Under the pieces are notes generated by a model. It had not been told where the DNA came from. It searched no databases and was given only the letters and a program-made list of their open reading frames with translations. Both the position numbers and the translations under genes were made by a program. Of a stretch of DNA of 64,000 nt, positions 28,794 through 37,442 are shown one piece after another; the stretch's first letter is position 1; each line of letters begins with the position of its first letter. The stretch comes from Candidatus Uhrbacteria bacterium. GTDB taxonomy: Bacteria; Patescibacteriota; Patescibacteriia; JACQRZ01. The stretch lies in assembly GCA_016188385.1 (NCBI GenBank), contig JACPHV010000002.1, forward strand, positions 101,682 to 165,681. Reading direction: 5' to 3'.

Positions 28794-31222
28794 AGCGATG
28801 AGTATAACAATCCTATCGGGGTGCTGGCAAGAAACGGCGCGACCGTATGCCGGATAATTCCGTCAGTGGACGATTTGCCGAACGGAGCAGTAAACTCAAT
28901 GGTTCCTTGACCAGGAAACCGCGCTTCGAATCCAAAAGATTCTATGCGGGATCCTGACTGCCGATCCACAAATAGATCATAGGGTATCCGATCACCTTTT
29001 TTGAAAGATGACAGCCGGAATGGAAGTCGGTAGGTAATGGTAGCGCGAGTGGTTTGCCCGACTGAAGTCTGCAGCCAATTTGAGAATACGGTTTTGCCAA
29101 ACGAATCATAGATTACCGTGCCGCTGTGCTCATCGATCCTCATATGAGATTCTCTGCCGACAAGGTCTGCGTCCTGTACGGCGTTGGTCGGAGGATTTTC
29201 AAATTCCGTACGCGGGGGCGGAGTAAACCCGGCCGCCGAAAGCAATTCAGCGCCGAATGGAACATAGATGCGCACATGATTGATATTCTTCCTGCCGGTA
29301 AAAAAATCTCCTTTCTTGCCGTGATGCGAGCGCGTAATCGTCAAACTTGCGGTAAGGCTGCCGTTCTCATCAGCGCTGATCACATAGGACGCTTCCGCGT
29401 TGATTGCGGCATCCGTCTTGCCTCCCCCGATGTTCGTATCAACAATCATAAGATAATCGCTCTTTACGTGCGGCAGGCTGTTATCAAGTTGGAGAGAATG
29501 CAGTATCTGCTGGGACTGCTCATCTCTGAAATAGAGTTGGATATCTTTGGACAGCAATGCGTCTATTACAAGCGCAAGCAGTTCTCCTCTATGCTGCTCC
29601 GGATGCGATTCAATTTGTTTCCTCACACCATCAATTAAGGATCCCAAAAATTCCTTCGGCTTGTTTTTTTTTCTGTCATAAGCGAGTTCTGTGTGCATCT
29701 GCGTGATATCAATAACAGTATCGGCAGTGATCGGCTGATCCGAATCTGGATGCTCGATGGGGCCGATGATATCTAGCACGCGCTGAGCGACCGATGCGTT
29801 TATGGTGATGACACCGTCAACGCTTGGGCCTCCCGCGCTTTCATAAAACCACATAATCTTTTGCGCCGACGCCGGAAAATCAGGATACCAATTCGCGTCC
29901 TGAAATTCCCATCGCGGATTAATGATGCGAAGAGGCAATGGCGCTGCAAGAACGGGACGAAGCTGTCCTTGCACGTCATATGTTCCGCCGCCGGGGATTT
30001 CAATGTTTTTTACGGCCCCTTTTTTCACGTCAAGCAGTGCAAAGCTGCCCATAAACCCTCCCGTAGCCCTGATCTCGCGGTCATTTTGCATCACAACGAG
30101 ATAACGGCGATCACTTGAGATGCCGAGCGCGTTGTGCGACAGCTCAAGCACATTACGGAGCATGTTGATCGAGGAAAGAATGTTCGCGCTAGAATTTCGC
30201 GCTTGGGTAAAATCAGTACGGTACTCTTCGGGAAGTGATTCGGAATCAATCAAGGCCAACTTTGATTCGACTGATGATAATGTAATCCCAATATCACTGA
30301 TTGCTTGGTTGGCTGACGCTAGGGTTTCTTCAATCCGATGAGGGGCAAAGGCGTCCGGGGAAGATACAATTGCCATCGCGTCAGCGCTTTGAGCTCCTGC
30401 TGATGCGAGTTGCGCGCCAACCTCAAGGAGAATCTCGGCATCGGAAAGTTTTTTCCCGTAGATCGGGATAAAACGCGCGATCGCAAGCACATGATCCCCT
30501 GCCGCGCGCAAGCTTGATTGCGCTTGGGTAAAATCTTGGAAACTTCTTGCAAAGCCAGACTGTGCCGCTCCCATATCGCTGATCGCAAGCGCGGCTACTC
30601 CCGCGGAAAAATGATTGAATCCGGATTTTCCGTAATAAATAGTCTTATCACGCACATCCTGCAATGATTCCAAAGATCCTAAAACAATAAACGGGGAAGC
30701 GAGAAAAAAAGCAATGATGATAAATGATACTACGTGCACATGCCAACCCGGCGAAAGGGAAAAACGAGGCAATCGAATCGAGGGAAGACGGACATAATCG
30801 GAGTATGCATTGATACGCGGAATTCGTTTCTGTAAAACGCGTGATTCAATCAAGTTTGGAAATGATCTTATGCGTACGCCATCCCACGAATCGATGATTT
30901 CTCGCAGCGCGCATTCAAATCTTTCTGATACCACGCGACAGATAAATCGCAAAAGCAAGAGCGGGATATGAAACGTGAAAGCAAAAAAAAGGGTAATCCC
31001 GACTCTGCACGCTCGAACACATGCTGTAAGCAAATCATAAGCCGCTCTGATAAGTATGTGTGACGCCTGAAGTGTCCTGATCCCTACAATCGCATGACAC
31101 CAAATCAAATCAATAATCGACAAGTGGAAATCAAGTGCATCTCGCAACTTTACTTCCGTGTTCTCTGATGCTGATACGGATTGAGGTGCAAGAAAATTAA
31201 AGCTGATAGCACGCCTTTTCAT
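28790..31222 (-). CDS. DUF4012 domain membrane protein
   Basis: YLVVMQNDREIRATGGFMGS, DANWYPDFP, VDGVI, NIGGGKTD, RIYVP. Confidence 0.85.
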   Translation of the reverse strand: MKRRAISFNFLAPQSVSASENTEVKLRDALDFHLSIIDLIWCHAIVGIRTLQASHILIRAAYDLLTACVRACRVGITLFFAFTFHIPLLLLRFICRVVSERFECALREIIDSWDGVRIRSFPNLIESRVLQKRIPRINAYSDYVRLPSIRLPRFSLSPGWHVHVVSFIIIAFFLASPFIVLGSLESLQDVRDKTIYYGKSGFNHFSAGVAALAISDMGAAQSGFARSFQDFTQAQSSLRAAGDHVLAIARFIPIYGKKLSDAEILLEVGAQLASAGAQSADAMAIVSSPDAFAPHRIEETLASANQAISDIGITLSSVESKLALIDSESLPEEYRTDFTQARNSSANILSSINMLRNVLELSHNALGISSDRRYLVVMQNDREIRATGGFMGSFALLDVKKGAVKNIEIPGGGTYDVQGQLRPVLAAPLPLRIINPRWEFQDANWYPDFPASAQKIMWFYESAGGPSVDGVITINASVAQRVLDIIGPIEHPDSDQPITADTVIDITQMHTELAYDRKKNKPKEFLGSLIDGVRKQIESHPEQHRGELLALVIDALLSKDIQLYFRDEQSQQILHSLQLDNSLPHVKSDYLMIVDTNIGGGKTDAAINAEASYVISADENGSLTASLTITRSHHGKKGDFFTGRKNINHVRIYVPFGAELLSAAGFTPPPRTEFENPPTNAVQDADLVGRESHMRIDEHSGTVIYDSFGKTVFSNWLQTSVGQTTRATITYRLPFRLSSFKKGDRIPYDLFVDRQSGSRIESFGFEARFPGQGTIEFTAPFGKSSTDGIIRHTVAPFLASTPIGLLYSSL

Positions 31223-31414
31223 GGGATAAATTATATCATGCCGTGATAGCGCAATCAATGCGTCTTATTATGGTTGCTATAATTCATGTATTACGTATAA
31301 TACGCCTATTGATTATTGTGGGAGTCTTCCGCAATGTATCACTCGAGGCGGAGCATTGTGGCGGCACATGTATACAGTTCATTGCGGACGCTTAGCCTCT
31401 CTACGCGTAGCTTT

Positions 31415-31448
31415 CGAGTTGGAGCGTGTCGATAGTACGCACGCTTCG
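31415..31448 (+). repeat. Degenerate copy of the 5' half of tRNA-Pro
   Basis: 28/34 identical to 31465-31498, all six differences are transitions; ends in the anticodon loop. Confidence 0.8.
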
Positions 31449-31464
31449 CCCTCGGAGATTTTTT

Positions 31465-31535
31465 CGGGCTGGAGTATGCCGGTAGTACGCACGCTTCGGG
31501 TGCGTGTAGACTGGGTTCAATTCCCAGCAGCCCGA
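31465..31535 (+). tRNA. tRNA-Pro(CGG)
   Basis: CGGGCTG acceptor, CACGC-TTCGGGT-GCGTG anticodon arm, CTGGG-TTCAATT-CCCAG T arm. Confidence 0.9.
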
Positions 31536-31570
31536 AAAAATCCCCGAGACAATTACATACGGACGAAGTC

Positions 31571-31603
31571 CGTGTAGACTGGGTTCAATTCCCAGCAGCC
31601 CGA
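31571..31603 (+). repeat. Exact copy of the 3' half of tRNA-Pro (att-like)
   Basis: 33/33 identical to 31503-31535. Confidence 0.9.
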
Positions 31604-31611
31604 TGGGCGGC

Positions 31612-31692
31612 GAGTATTGATGAAAAAATATCCGTAGAACTGCCGAAGGCAATGTTTAGGCGGACAGGGAAACTATGTTTCTGCAGTCTCAA
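31612..31692. repeat. Palindromic element family A, degenerate copy A6
   Basis: GAAAAAATATC...GGGAAACTATGTTTCTGCAGTCTCAA matches the family A ends. Confidence 0.6.
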
Positions 31693-31716
31693 CCTATACT
31701 ATACAAGTGATGCCAC

Positions 31717-32616
31717 ATGAAAAGTACCACGAACAAAAAAGCTACCATCGGCCTTGTCCAGATGAGAATGAGCGCGGAACGAGATGCGAATCTTGCTTAT
31801 GCGCTCGAACATGCTCGCGCGCTTGCAATGCGCGGCGCGCAGATCATCTGCCTGCCGGAGCTTTTCTTGAATCCCTATTTTTGCCAGACAAAAGACTCTT
31901 CATTGTTTGATCTTGCAGAATCAATCCCGGGGCCGGCGACGGATGATTTCGCGTTGCTTGCCAGCGAGACAAAGACCGTTATCTTACTGCCATTGTTCGA
32001 GAAATCGGCAGATGGAAGATACTTCAACTCCATAGCGGTCATCGGAACGACCGGAAAGATTCTGGGCGTATACCATAAAATGCATATTCCTTCGCTGCCT
32101 CCTGATTTATACGCGGAAAATTTTTATTTTGAAAAAGGCGACACAGGCTTTATCGTCATAGACACTCCTTACGCCTCAATCGCTCCCCTCATATGCTATG
32201 ATCAGTGGTTCCCTGAATCGGCGCGTATTGCTGCGGCGAACGGCGCGCAGATTCTTTTCTATCCCACCGCGATCGGATGGCCTACAGGTCCGCGCTTGCA
32301 AGCGGAGACATTGGATAGAGCCGAATATGAAGCATGGCAAGTAATCCAGCGAGGTCACGCGATTGCCAACACTGTGTTCGTTGCGGCAGCAAACCGCGTC
32401 GGACACGAGGCGAATCTGAAATTTTGGGGCACTTCATTCGTAAGCAATCCGTACGGTACGCTGATCGCAAAAGCATCGACTGACAAAGCCGAAGATCTCA
32501 TTGTTGAATGCGACCTCTCGATTATCGATCAGATGCGCGCTGATTGGCCTTTCCTTGACGAACGTCGTATCAAATGCGAACAAGCGCCATCAAGCGATCG
32601 AAAGCCTGTATCTTAA
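31717..32616 (+). CDS. aguB: N-carbamoylputrescine amidase-like carbon-nitrogen hydrolase
   Basis: E-K-C triad: LPELF, YHKMHIP, ICYDQWFPE; YPTAIG; adjacent to agmatine deiminase. Confidence 0.88.
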   Translation: MKSTTNKKATIGLVQMRMSAERDANLAYALEHARALAMRGAQIICLPELFLNPYFCQTKDSSLFDLAESIPGPATDDFALLASETKTVILLPLFEKSADGRYFNSIAVIGTTGKILGVYHKMHIPSLPPDLYAENFYFEKGDTGFIVIDTPYASIAPLICYDQWFPESARIAAANGAQILFYPTAIGWPTGPRLQAETLDRAEYEAWQVIQRGHAIANTVFVAAANRVGHEANLKFWGTSFVSNPYGTLIAKASTDKAEDLIVECDLSIIDQMRADWPFLDERRIKCEQAPSSDRKPVS

Positions 32617-32626
32617 GCATGCTCAT

Positions 32627-33637
32627 ATGTACCGAATGCCTGCGGAGTGGGAACAACATGAGGGCACATGGATCGCATGGCCGCATAACGAAGAGCATTG
32701 GCCGGGAAAGTTTAAGTCGATCCCTCCCGTGTATGGTGAATTGGTACGGGCCTTGATTGAAGGCGGTGAAAAAGTCTTTATCCTTGTGAATGATGCGGAG
32801 GCGGCGGATGAGGCGCGGGAATACATCAAAAGCAATTCAGCGGATATCGTGTTTCACCATATCCCTACGAATTCATCGTGGACGCGTGATTTCGGCCCGA
32901 TATTCGTGTACGACGAAGGTGGAAAACTCCATATTACGGATTGGGGCTTCAACATGTGGGGAGACAAATACCAACCTTGGGATCTTGACGCGGGGGTGCC
33001 AAAAAAAATTGCCGCGCTCTTTGAATTTCCTCGACTCGATCCGAACATGATCCTTGAAGGGGGGTCGATCGATGTGAATGGGCAAGGGGTATTACTCACT
33101 ACACGGCAATGCCTCCTGAACAAGAACCGCAACCCATCACTTACGCAACCACAGATCGAAGAACGCCTTAGCATGTATCTCGGAATACGACAGATACTAT
33201 GGCTTGACGAAGGAATCGTAGGAGATGACACCGATGGGCATATTGATGATATCGCGCGATTCACTGACAGCAACACGATCATCTGTCAGATGGAGCGCGA
33301 CACCGGCGATGGAAACGCGGCGATTCTTCAAAAAAACTTTGAGTTTCTCTCTCGCGCGCGAAATCAGAAAGGCGAGCAATTCCATATCGTCGCGCTGGAC
33401 ATGCCGGATCCGGTTTACTGTGATGGGCAACGACTGCCGGCAAGCTATGCAAATTTTTATATCGCAAATACTGCCGTGTTGGTACCGACATTCAATTGCG
33501 CAAAGGATGCGCGGGCGTTGGATACGTTTTCAAGGCTCTTTCCATCACGAAGAATCATAGGTATTGATGCTGTTGATTACGTCTGGGGTTTAGGTACCAT
33601 CCATTGTTCAACGCAACAGCAGCCAAAAGCCCGCTAA
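32627..33637 (+). CDS. aguA: Agmatine deiminase family protein
   Basis: MPAEW, WTRDFGP, EGGSIDVNG, DDTDGHID, ASYANF, GTIHCSTQQ. Confidence 0.92.
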   Translation: MYRMPAEWEQHEGTWIAWPHNEEHWPGKFKSIPPVYGELVRALIEGGEKVFILVNDAEAADEAREYIKSNSADIVFHHIPTNSSWTRDFGPIFVYDEGGKLHITDWGFNMWGDKYQPWDLDAGVPKKIAALFEFPRLDPNMILEGGSIDVNGQGVLLTTRQCLLNKNRNPSLTQPQIEERLSMYLGIRQILWLDEGIVGDDTDGHIDDIARFTDSNTIICQMERDTGDGNAAILQKNFEFLSRARNQKGEQFHIVALDMPDPVYCDGQRLPASYANFYIANTAVLVPTFNCAKDARALDTFSRLFPSRRIIGIDAVDYVWGLGTIHCSTQQQPKAR

Positions 33638-33745
33638 GAACACACGCTGTTCCACTTCTTGGAAATATGGTATACTATACCTGTGTGTATTCATAACTGT
33701 TTTTCGCTCTTTTACATACCATTCCTCTAAAACCTCTCAAAGGAG

Positions 33746-34120
33746 GTGAATAGCATGACCAAAGAGGAATACCTGGAAAGAGGAGGAGAGCTTTTTTTAA
33801 CACGGCTCGTGCATGCGCTCATGAAATTTCTGCAGTTTCGACCGGATACCTTTGATCTCAAATATCGTAATGGCGTCCTTACCATCGAAGCTCAAGAAAT
33901 CAAATACTCTGCCGCGGCAATCGTAAGATTTGAGACCGCTCTCTCTGCTGAAATCAGATGTGATCTGTTTGCCGATCAACGCCTGCTCGAATTCGCGAAC
34001 GCGAAGATCTACATCACATTTAACGGCGGAAAGATGCTGCGTGTGTTCTCGGCGCGAGACACGCTCTATCGCGGCATCGTACTGTCAGAAGTTCAATTGA
34101 GGCACGGAGGCCGCAAGTAG
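33746..34120 (+). CDS. Hypothetical protein
   Basis: AAGGAGG Shine-Dalgarno at 33740 (fits ATG 33755); upstream TGGTATACT extended -10. Confidence 0.6.
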   Translation: MNSMTKEEYLERGGELFLTRLVHALMKFLQFRPDTFDLKYRNGVLTIEAQEIKYSAAAIVRFETALSAEIRCDLFADQRLLEFANAKIYITFNGGKMLRVFSARDTLYRGIVLSEVQLRHGGRK

Positions 34121-34337
34121 CAATGTTCCACACTCTCCTTGCCCGGCCCCTGTTGTACGGCATATGCCGCTTGATAGGGGTCGGGATCCACTTCTTGCCC
34201 ACCATCTTGCCAGCGACTAGGGTATCCCGATATCCTGTTCGCTGTTCGGATGCAGCGCACGTTTTTCCGCTTCAGCGGATTATAAGAAGAGGAATCTCAA
34301 AGGAATTCCAAAAGATTCCTCCACGGAGGATTGGGTA

Positions 34338-34715
34338 ATGCATTATGAGGAGGACCGTTTCTTACGGAGAGAAGCTGAGCACTTTTTCAAAGACTGTGTG
34401 AGTTCGATCTTCGAACATCTCGGATTTCCGCCAAAGGAGTGGAGCTACGACCTGCGATGGTGTCGAGAAAAGGAAACGAACGAAGAGGGGCACGGAGCAT
34501 TTCTGCTCAAAGGAGATGTCTACGGCGGGCCTGTCAGCCTGCCTGTGAATACCGTTGCAACCCTCTTTTACAAGCTTCAAGACCTGTACTTCCAGGTCGG
34601 GCAAATTTCGTTTCACCTTCCCGACGGCCGCGTATGGCCATATGTCTGCTCCAGATTTGAAGGAAAATTCGTCGTCAGTTCTTGCGACCCATGTCAATCT
34701 TCTGACGCAGCCTGA
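34338..34715 (+). CDS. Hypothetical protein
   Basis: GGAGGA Shine-Dalgarno before the ATG; followed by a terminator. Confidence 0.6.
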   Translation: MHYEEDRFLRREAEHFFKDCVSSIFEHLGFPPKEWSYDLRWCREKETNEEGHGAFLLKGDVYGGPVSLPVNTVATLFYKLQDLYFQVGQISFHLPDGRVWPYVCSRFEGKFVVSSCDPCQSSDAA

Positions 34716-34727
34716 CTTCTTTCCGCC

Positions 34728-34761
34728 TGCCCCCTGCCGCGAGGTCGGGGGCAATTTTTTT
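34728..34761 (+). terminator. Intrinsic terminator
   Basis: TGCCCCC...GGGGGCA stem followed by a T7 run. Confidence 0.7.
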
Positions 34762-34826
34762 ACCTGTGCAGTTGACGATAGCGCGAGAATGTAATGTAAT
34801 AGAAGTTGAAATCGAACCCCGCATGT

Positions 34827-35750
34827 ATGATTAAAATATATTATAAAAGCATTAAGGAAAAGGAAGCGCAGTTGCTCGATGAGTTCAAAATCGGGTCCTG
34901 GGTGCATCTTGAAAACCCGACTCCCGAAGAACTTGAAAAAACCGTCGAGATGCTATCCGTTGAGCATGATCTTCTTAAAGACGCGCTTGATATATACGAG
35001 GTTCCTCGTATGGAGACGGAAAAAGACACCACCTATATCTTCACGCGATTTTGCTTCAGTCCTGATGCTGACCAGATTCACACCGCCCCCATTTTGCTTG
35101 TCATTGGAGAGTACTTCTTTCTTACGGTGACAGACCAACGCTTCCCGCCGCTCGAAAAATTTTTATCAGGCGGGATTCCTTTTTATACAACCCAAAAAAC
35201 AAAATTATTTTTGCAGGTTTTTTATCAGATCAATCTCACATTTAATGTATTTCTGCATACCATCAGCAGGACGATTCGACGCATCAGTATCAAGCTCGAA
35301 CAAATTAACAATAAAGATATCATGCAATTCGTATCCTTCGAGACTGTGTTAAATGATTTCTTGTCCGCGCTCGTACCGACGAACACAATCCTGGAAAATC
35401 TTCTTTCCGGAAAATTCCTGCGCTTGTATGAAGCTGATAAAGACCTTATCGAAGATCTGTTCCTCAATAATGGCCAGCTCATCAAAATCTCCGAGTCGAA
35501 CTTAAAAACGATTGTTAACATCCGCGAGTCATATTCAACTCTTTTGACAAATAATCTTAACAGGGTAATCAAATTTCTTACCGCAGTCACGGTTCTTTTG
35601 ACCGTGCCGACGATGGTAGCGAGCGTGTATGGCATGAACGTGCAGCTGCCATATGCCGATTCTCCTTTTGCATTTTTGTTTATTACGATTGGCGTTCTGA
35701 CCGTATCGCTTGCTCTCATCTTTCTTTTTATAAGAAATCGCTGGCTCTAG
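34827..35750 (+). CDS. CorA family Mg2+ transporter
   Basis: YGMN signature, two C-terminal TM helices, NNLNRVIKFLT. Confidence 0.93.
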   Translation: MIKIYYKSIKEKEAQLLDEFKIGSWVHLENPTPEELEKTVEMLSVEHDLLKDALDIYEVPRMETEKDTTYIFTRFCFSPDADQIHTAPILLVIGEYFFLTVTDQRFPPLEKFLSGGIPFYTTQKTKLFLQVFYQINLTFNVFLHTISRTIRRISIKLEQINNKDIMQFVSFETVLNDFLSALVPTNTILENLLSGKFLRLYEADKDLIEDLFLNNGQLIKISESNLKTIVNIRESYSTLLTNNLNRVIKFLTAVTVLLTVPTMVASVYGMNVQLPYADSPFAFLFITIGVLTVSLALIFLFIRNRWL

Positions 35751-35774
35751 TATTTATTTTTCGCATACCAAACC

Positions 35775-36728
35775 ATGAAATGCCTAGTCACCGGCGGCGC
35801 GGGATTTATCGGAAGCCATCTCACAGAAGAGCTCATCCGTCTCGGCCATTCTGTAGTTGTTGTGGATAACTTTTCCCTCGGGTCTGCTGATAATCTTGCT
35901 GCGGTCGCGTCTTCGCTTCGCCTGAAGGTATACCAAGCTGATATCAATAGTGATCTTACGGATATTTTTTCTCGTGAGGGATTTGCGGCGGTCTTCCACC
36001 TTGCCGCCATCCCTCGCGCGCGCTATTCCGTGATGCAGCCGCGGGAAACGAATCAATCCAATGTAAGCGGCATGTTTAATGTGCTCGAATCAGCTCGTAT
36101 GTTTGGCGTTAAGCGATTTGTCTTTTCTTCAAGCGCTTCCGTATATGGAGAAACGGAACTCATGCCGCTTGTCGAAAAAACTATTCCATGTCCTGTATCT
36201 CCTTATGCTCTGGAAAAATCGATCGGGGAACAATACTGCAGGCTCTACGCGCAACTCTACGGTATGGAAACCATATCGCTTCGGTATTTTAATGTATACG
36301 GACAAAGACAGAATCCGGCAGGCGACTATTCTTGTCTGATACCTAAGTTTATGAAATTGCTCACGCAAGGGTGTCAGCCGGAAATTTACGGCGATGGGGA
36401 ACAGACAAGGGATTTTGTGCATGTATCTGATGTGGTGCGCGCCAATATCATAGCCGGATTCAAAGCATCCAGGGAATGTTTTGGAGATATGTTCAATATC
36501 GGGACCGGCACGCAGTACTCCGTTCGTGATGTCTATGGCATCATACGCGAGATTACAAAAAGATACGATATTGAAGCACGGCATTGTCCCCCCTATATCG
36601 AACCGCGGGCATCCTGCGCAGATACTGCAAAATCACACCTTGTGCTTGGTTGGCTTCCATGCGTTGAATTCAAAGAGGGGCTTGCGCAGACATACTCAAC
36701 AACGTATGAATCGCATATTACTGTCTGA
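35775..36728 (+). CDS. NAD-dependent epimerase/dehydratase (extended SDR)
   Basis: TGGAGFIGSH, SSASVYG, PYALEK (YxxxK), RYFNVYG, RDFVHVSDV. Confidence 0.93.
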   Translation: MKCLVTGGAGFIGSHLTEELIRLGHSVVVVDNFSLGSADNLAAVASSLRLKVYQADINSDLTDIFSREGFAAVFHLAAIPRARYSVMQPRETNQSNVSGMFNVLESARMFGVKRFVFSSSASVYGETELMPLVEKTIPCPVSPYALEKSIGEQYCRLYAQLYGMETISLRYFNVYGQRQNPAGDYSCLIPKFMKLLTQGCQPEIYGDGEQTRDFVHVSDVVRANIIAGFKASRECFGDMFNIGTGTQYSVRDVYGIIREITKRYDIEARHCPPYIEPRASCADTAKSHLVLGWLPCVEFKEGLAQTYSTTYESHITV

Positions 36729-36736
36729 ACGTAATG

Positions 36737-36892
36737 CTATTTTGTTTCTCGATGCAAGACGTGTTTTTTGCATTTCTTGCAAAACTTCTTTAATTCCAGG
36801 CGTCCCTTTAATTTCTTCTTGTTCTTAAAGGTATGCGGTCCCACAGTTTTACAATCTGTACATTCCAGCTTGATCAATCGATCTTGTGACAT
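36737..36892 (-). CDS. rpmG: 50S ribosomal protein L33 (C+ zinc-ribbon form), absent from the ORF track
   Basis: Hand translation [51 protein letters not shown]. Confidence 0.95.
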   Translation of the reverse strand: MSQDRLIKLECTDCKTVGPHTFKNKKKLKGRLELKKFCKKCKKHVLHRETK

Positions 36893-36921
36893 ACGAATCT
36901 ATTATGTATAAATCCATCCAT

Positions 36922-36993
36922 AGCCACCTCTCGGATTCGAACCGAGGACCTTCACTTTACAAAAGTGTTGCTCTGCCGCTGAGCTAAGGTGGC
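36922..36993 (-). tRNA. tRNA-Thr(TGT)
   Basis: GCCACCTTAGCTCAGCGGCAGAGCAACACTTTTGTAAAGTGAAGGTCCTCGGTTCGAATCCGAGAGGTGGCT. Confidence 0.93.
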
Positions 36994-37081
36994 TCATGTA
37001 CTCGGCGCTGCGCACCAAAAGCTTCCGTTGTCGCTTTTTCTCGCACCCGTGCAAATCCGCGATCGTTTCAAAGATACTCAT

Positions 37082-37164
37082 TGGGCGGTGAGGGATTTGC
37101 ACCCCCGAAGGCGTAAGCCAGCTGATTTACAGTCAGCCCCGTTTGACTGCTTCGGTAACCGCCC
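37082..37164 (-). tRNA. tRNA-Tyr(GTA)
   Basis: GCTGA-CTGTAAA-TCAGC anticodon arm, long variable arm; T loop reads TGCAAAT. Confidence 0.92.
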
Positions 37165-37167
37165 TAT

Positions 37168-37242
37168 TGGAGCCCACGAGCAGACTTGAACTGCTGACCT
37201 ACTCCTTACCATGGAGTTGCTCTACCACTGAGCTACGTGGGC
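37168..37242 (-). tRNA. tRNA-Thr(GGT), CCA encoded
   Basis: GCCCACGTAGCTCAGTGGTAGAGCAACTCCATGGTAAGGAGTAGGTCAGCAGTTCAAGTCTGCTCGTGGGCTCCA. Confidence 0.93.
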
Positions 37243-37262
37243 ATTACGTAAGAGACCCATTT

Positions 37263-37442
37263 ATTGACATTCACCAATTGCGTTAACAAGAAAAAATGTT
37301 TGATTTTGAGGCAGATCTGCAGCTCTGGAGGCGTAAAAAACCGCAGACGTACTATTAGTACGATGAGGATTTTTTGCGGCGAAGAGCAAGGAGCTGGTCA
37401 AAATCATAGGCTTTTTCGTTAAGGTAATTGGCGAATGTCAAT
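37263..37442. repeat. Palindromic element family B, copy B2
   Basis: ATTGACATTCACCAATT/AATTGGCGAATGTCAAT termini; core CCGCAGACGTACTATTAGTACGATGAGGAT; overlaps the TPR gene TGA. Confidence 0.85.

Noticed and set aside
36737-36892. Possible frameshift in rpmG
   Set aside because: Recounting the T run at 36789-36791 gives an intact 51-aa frame
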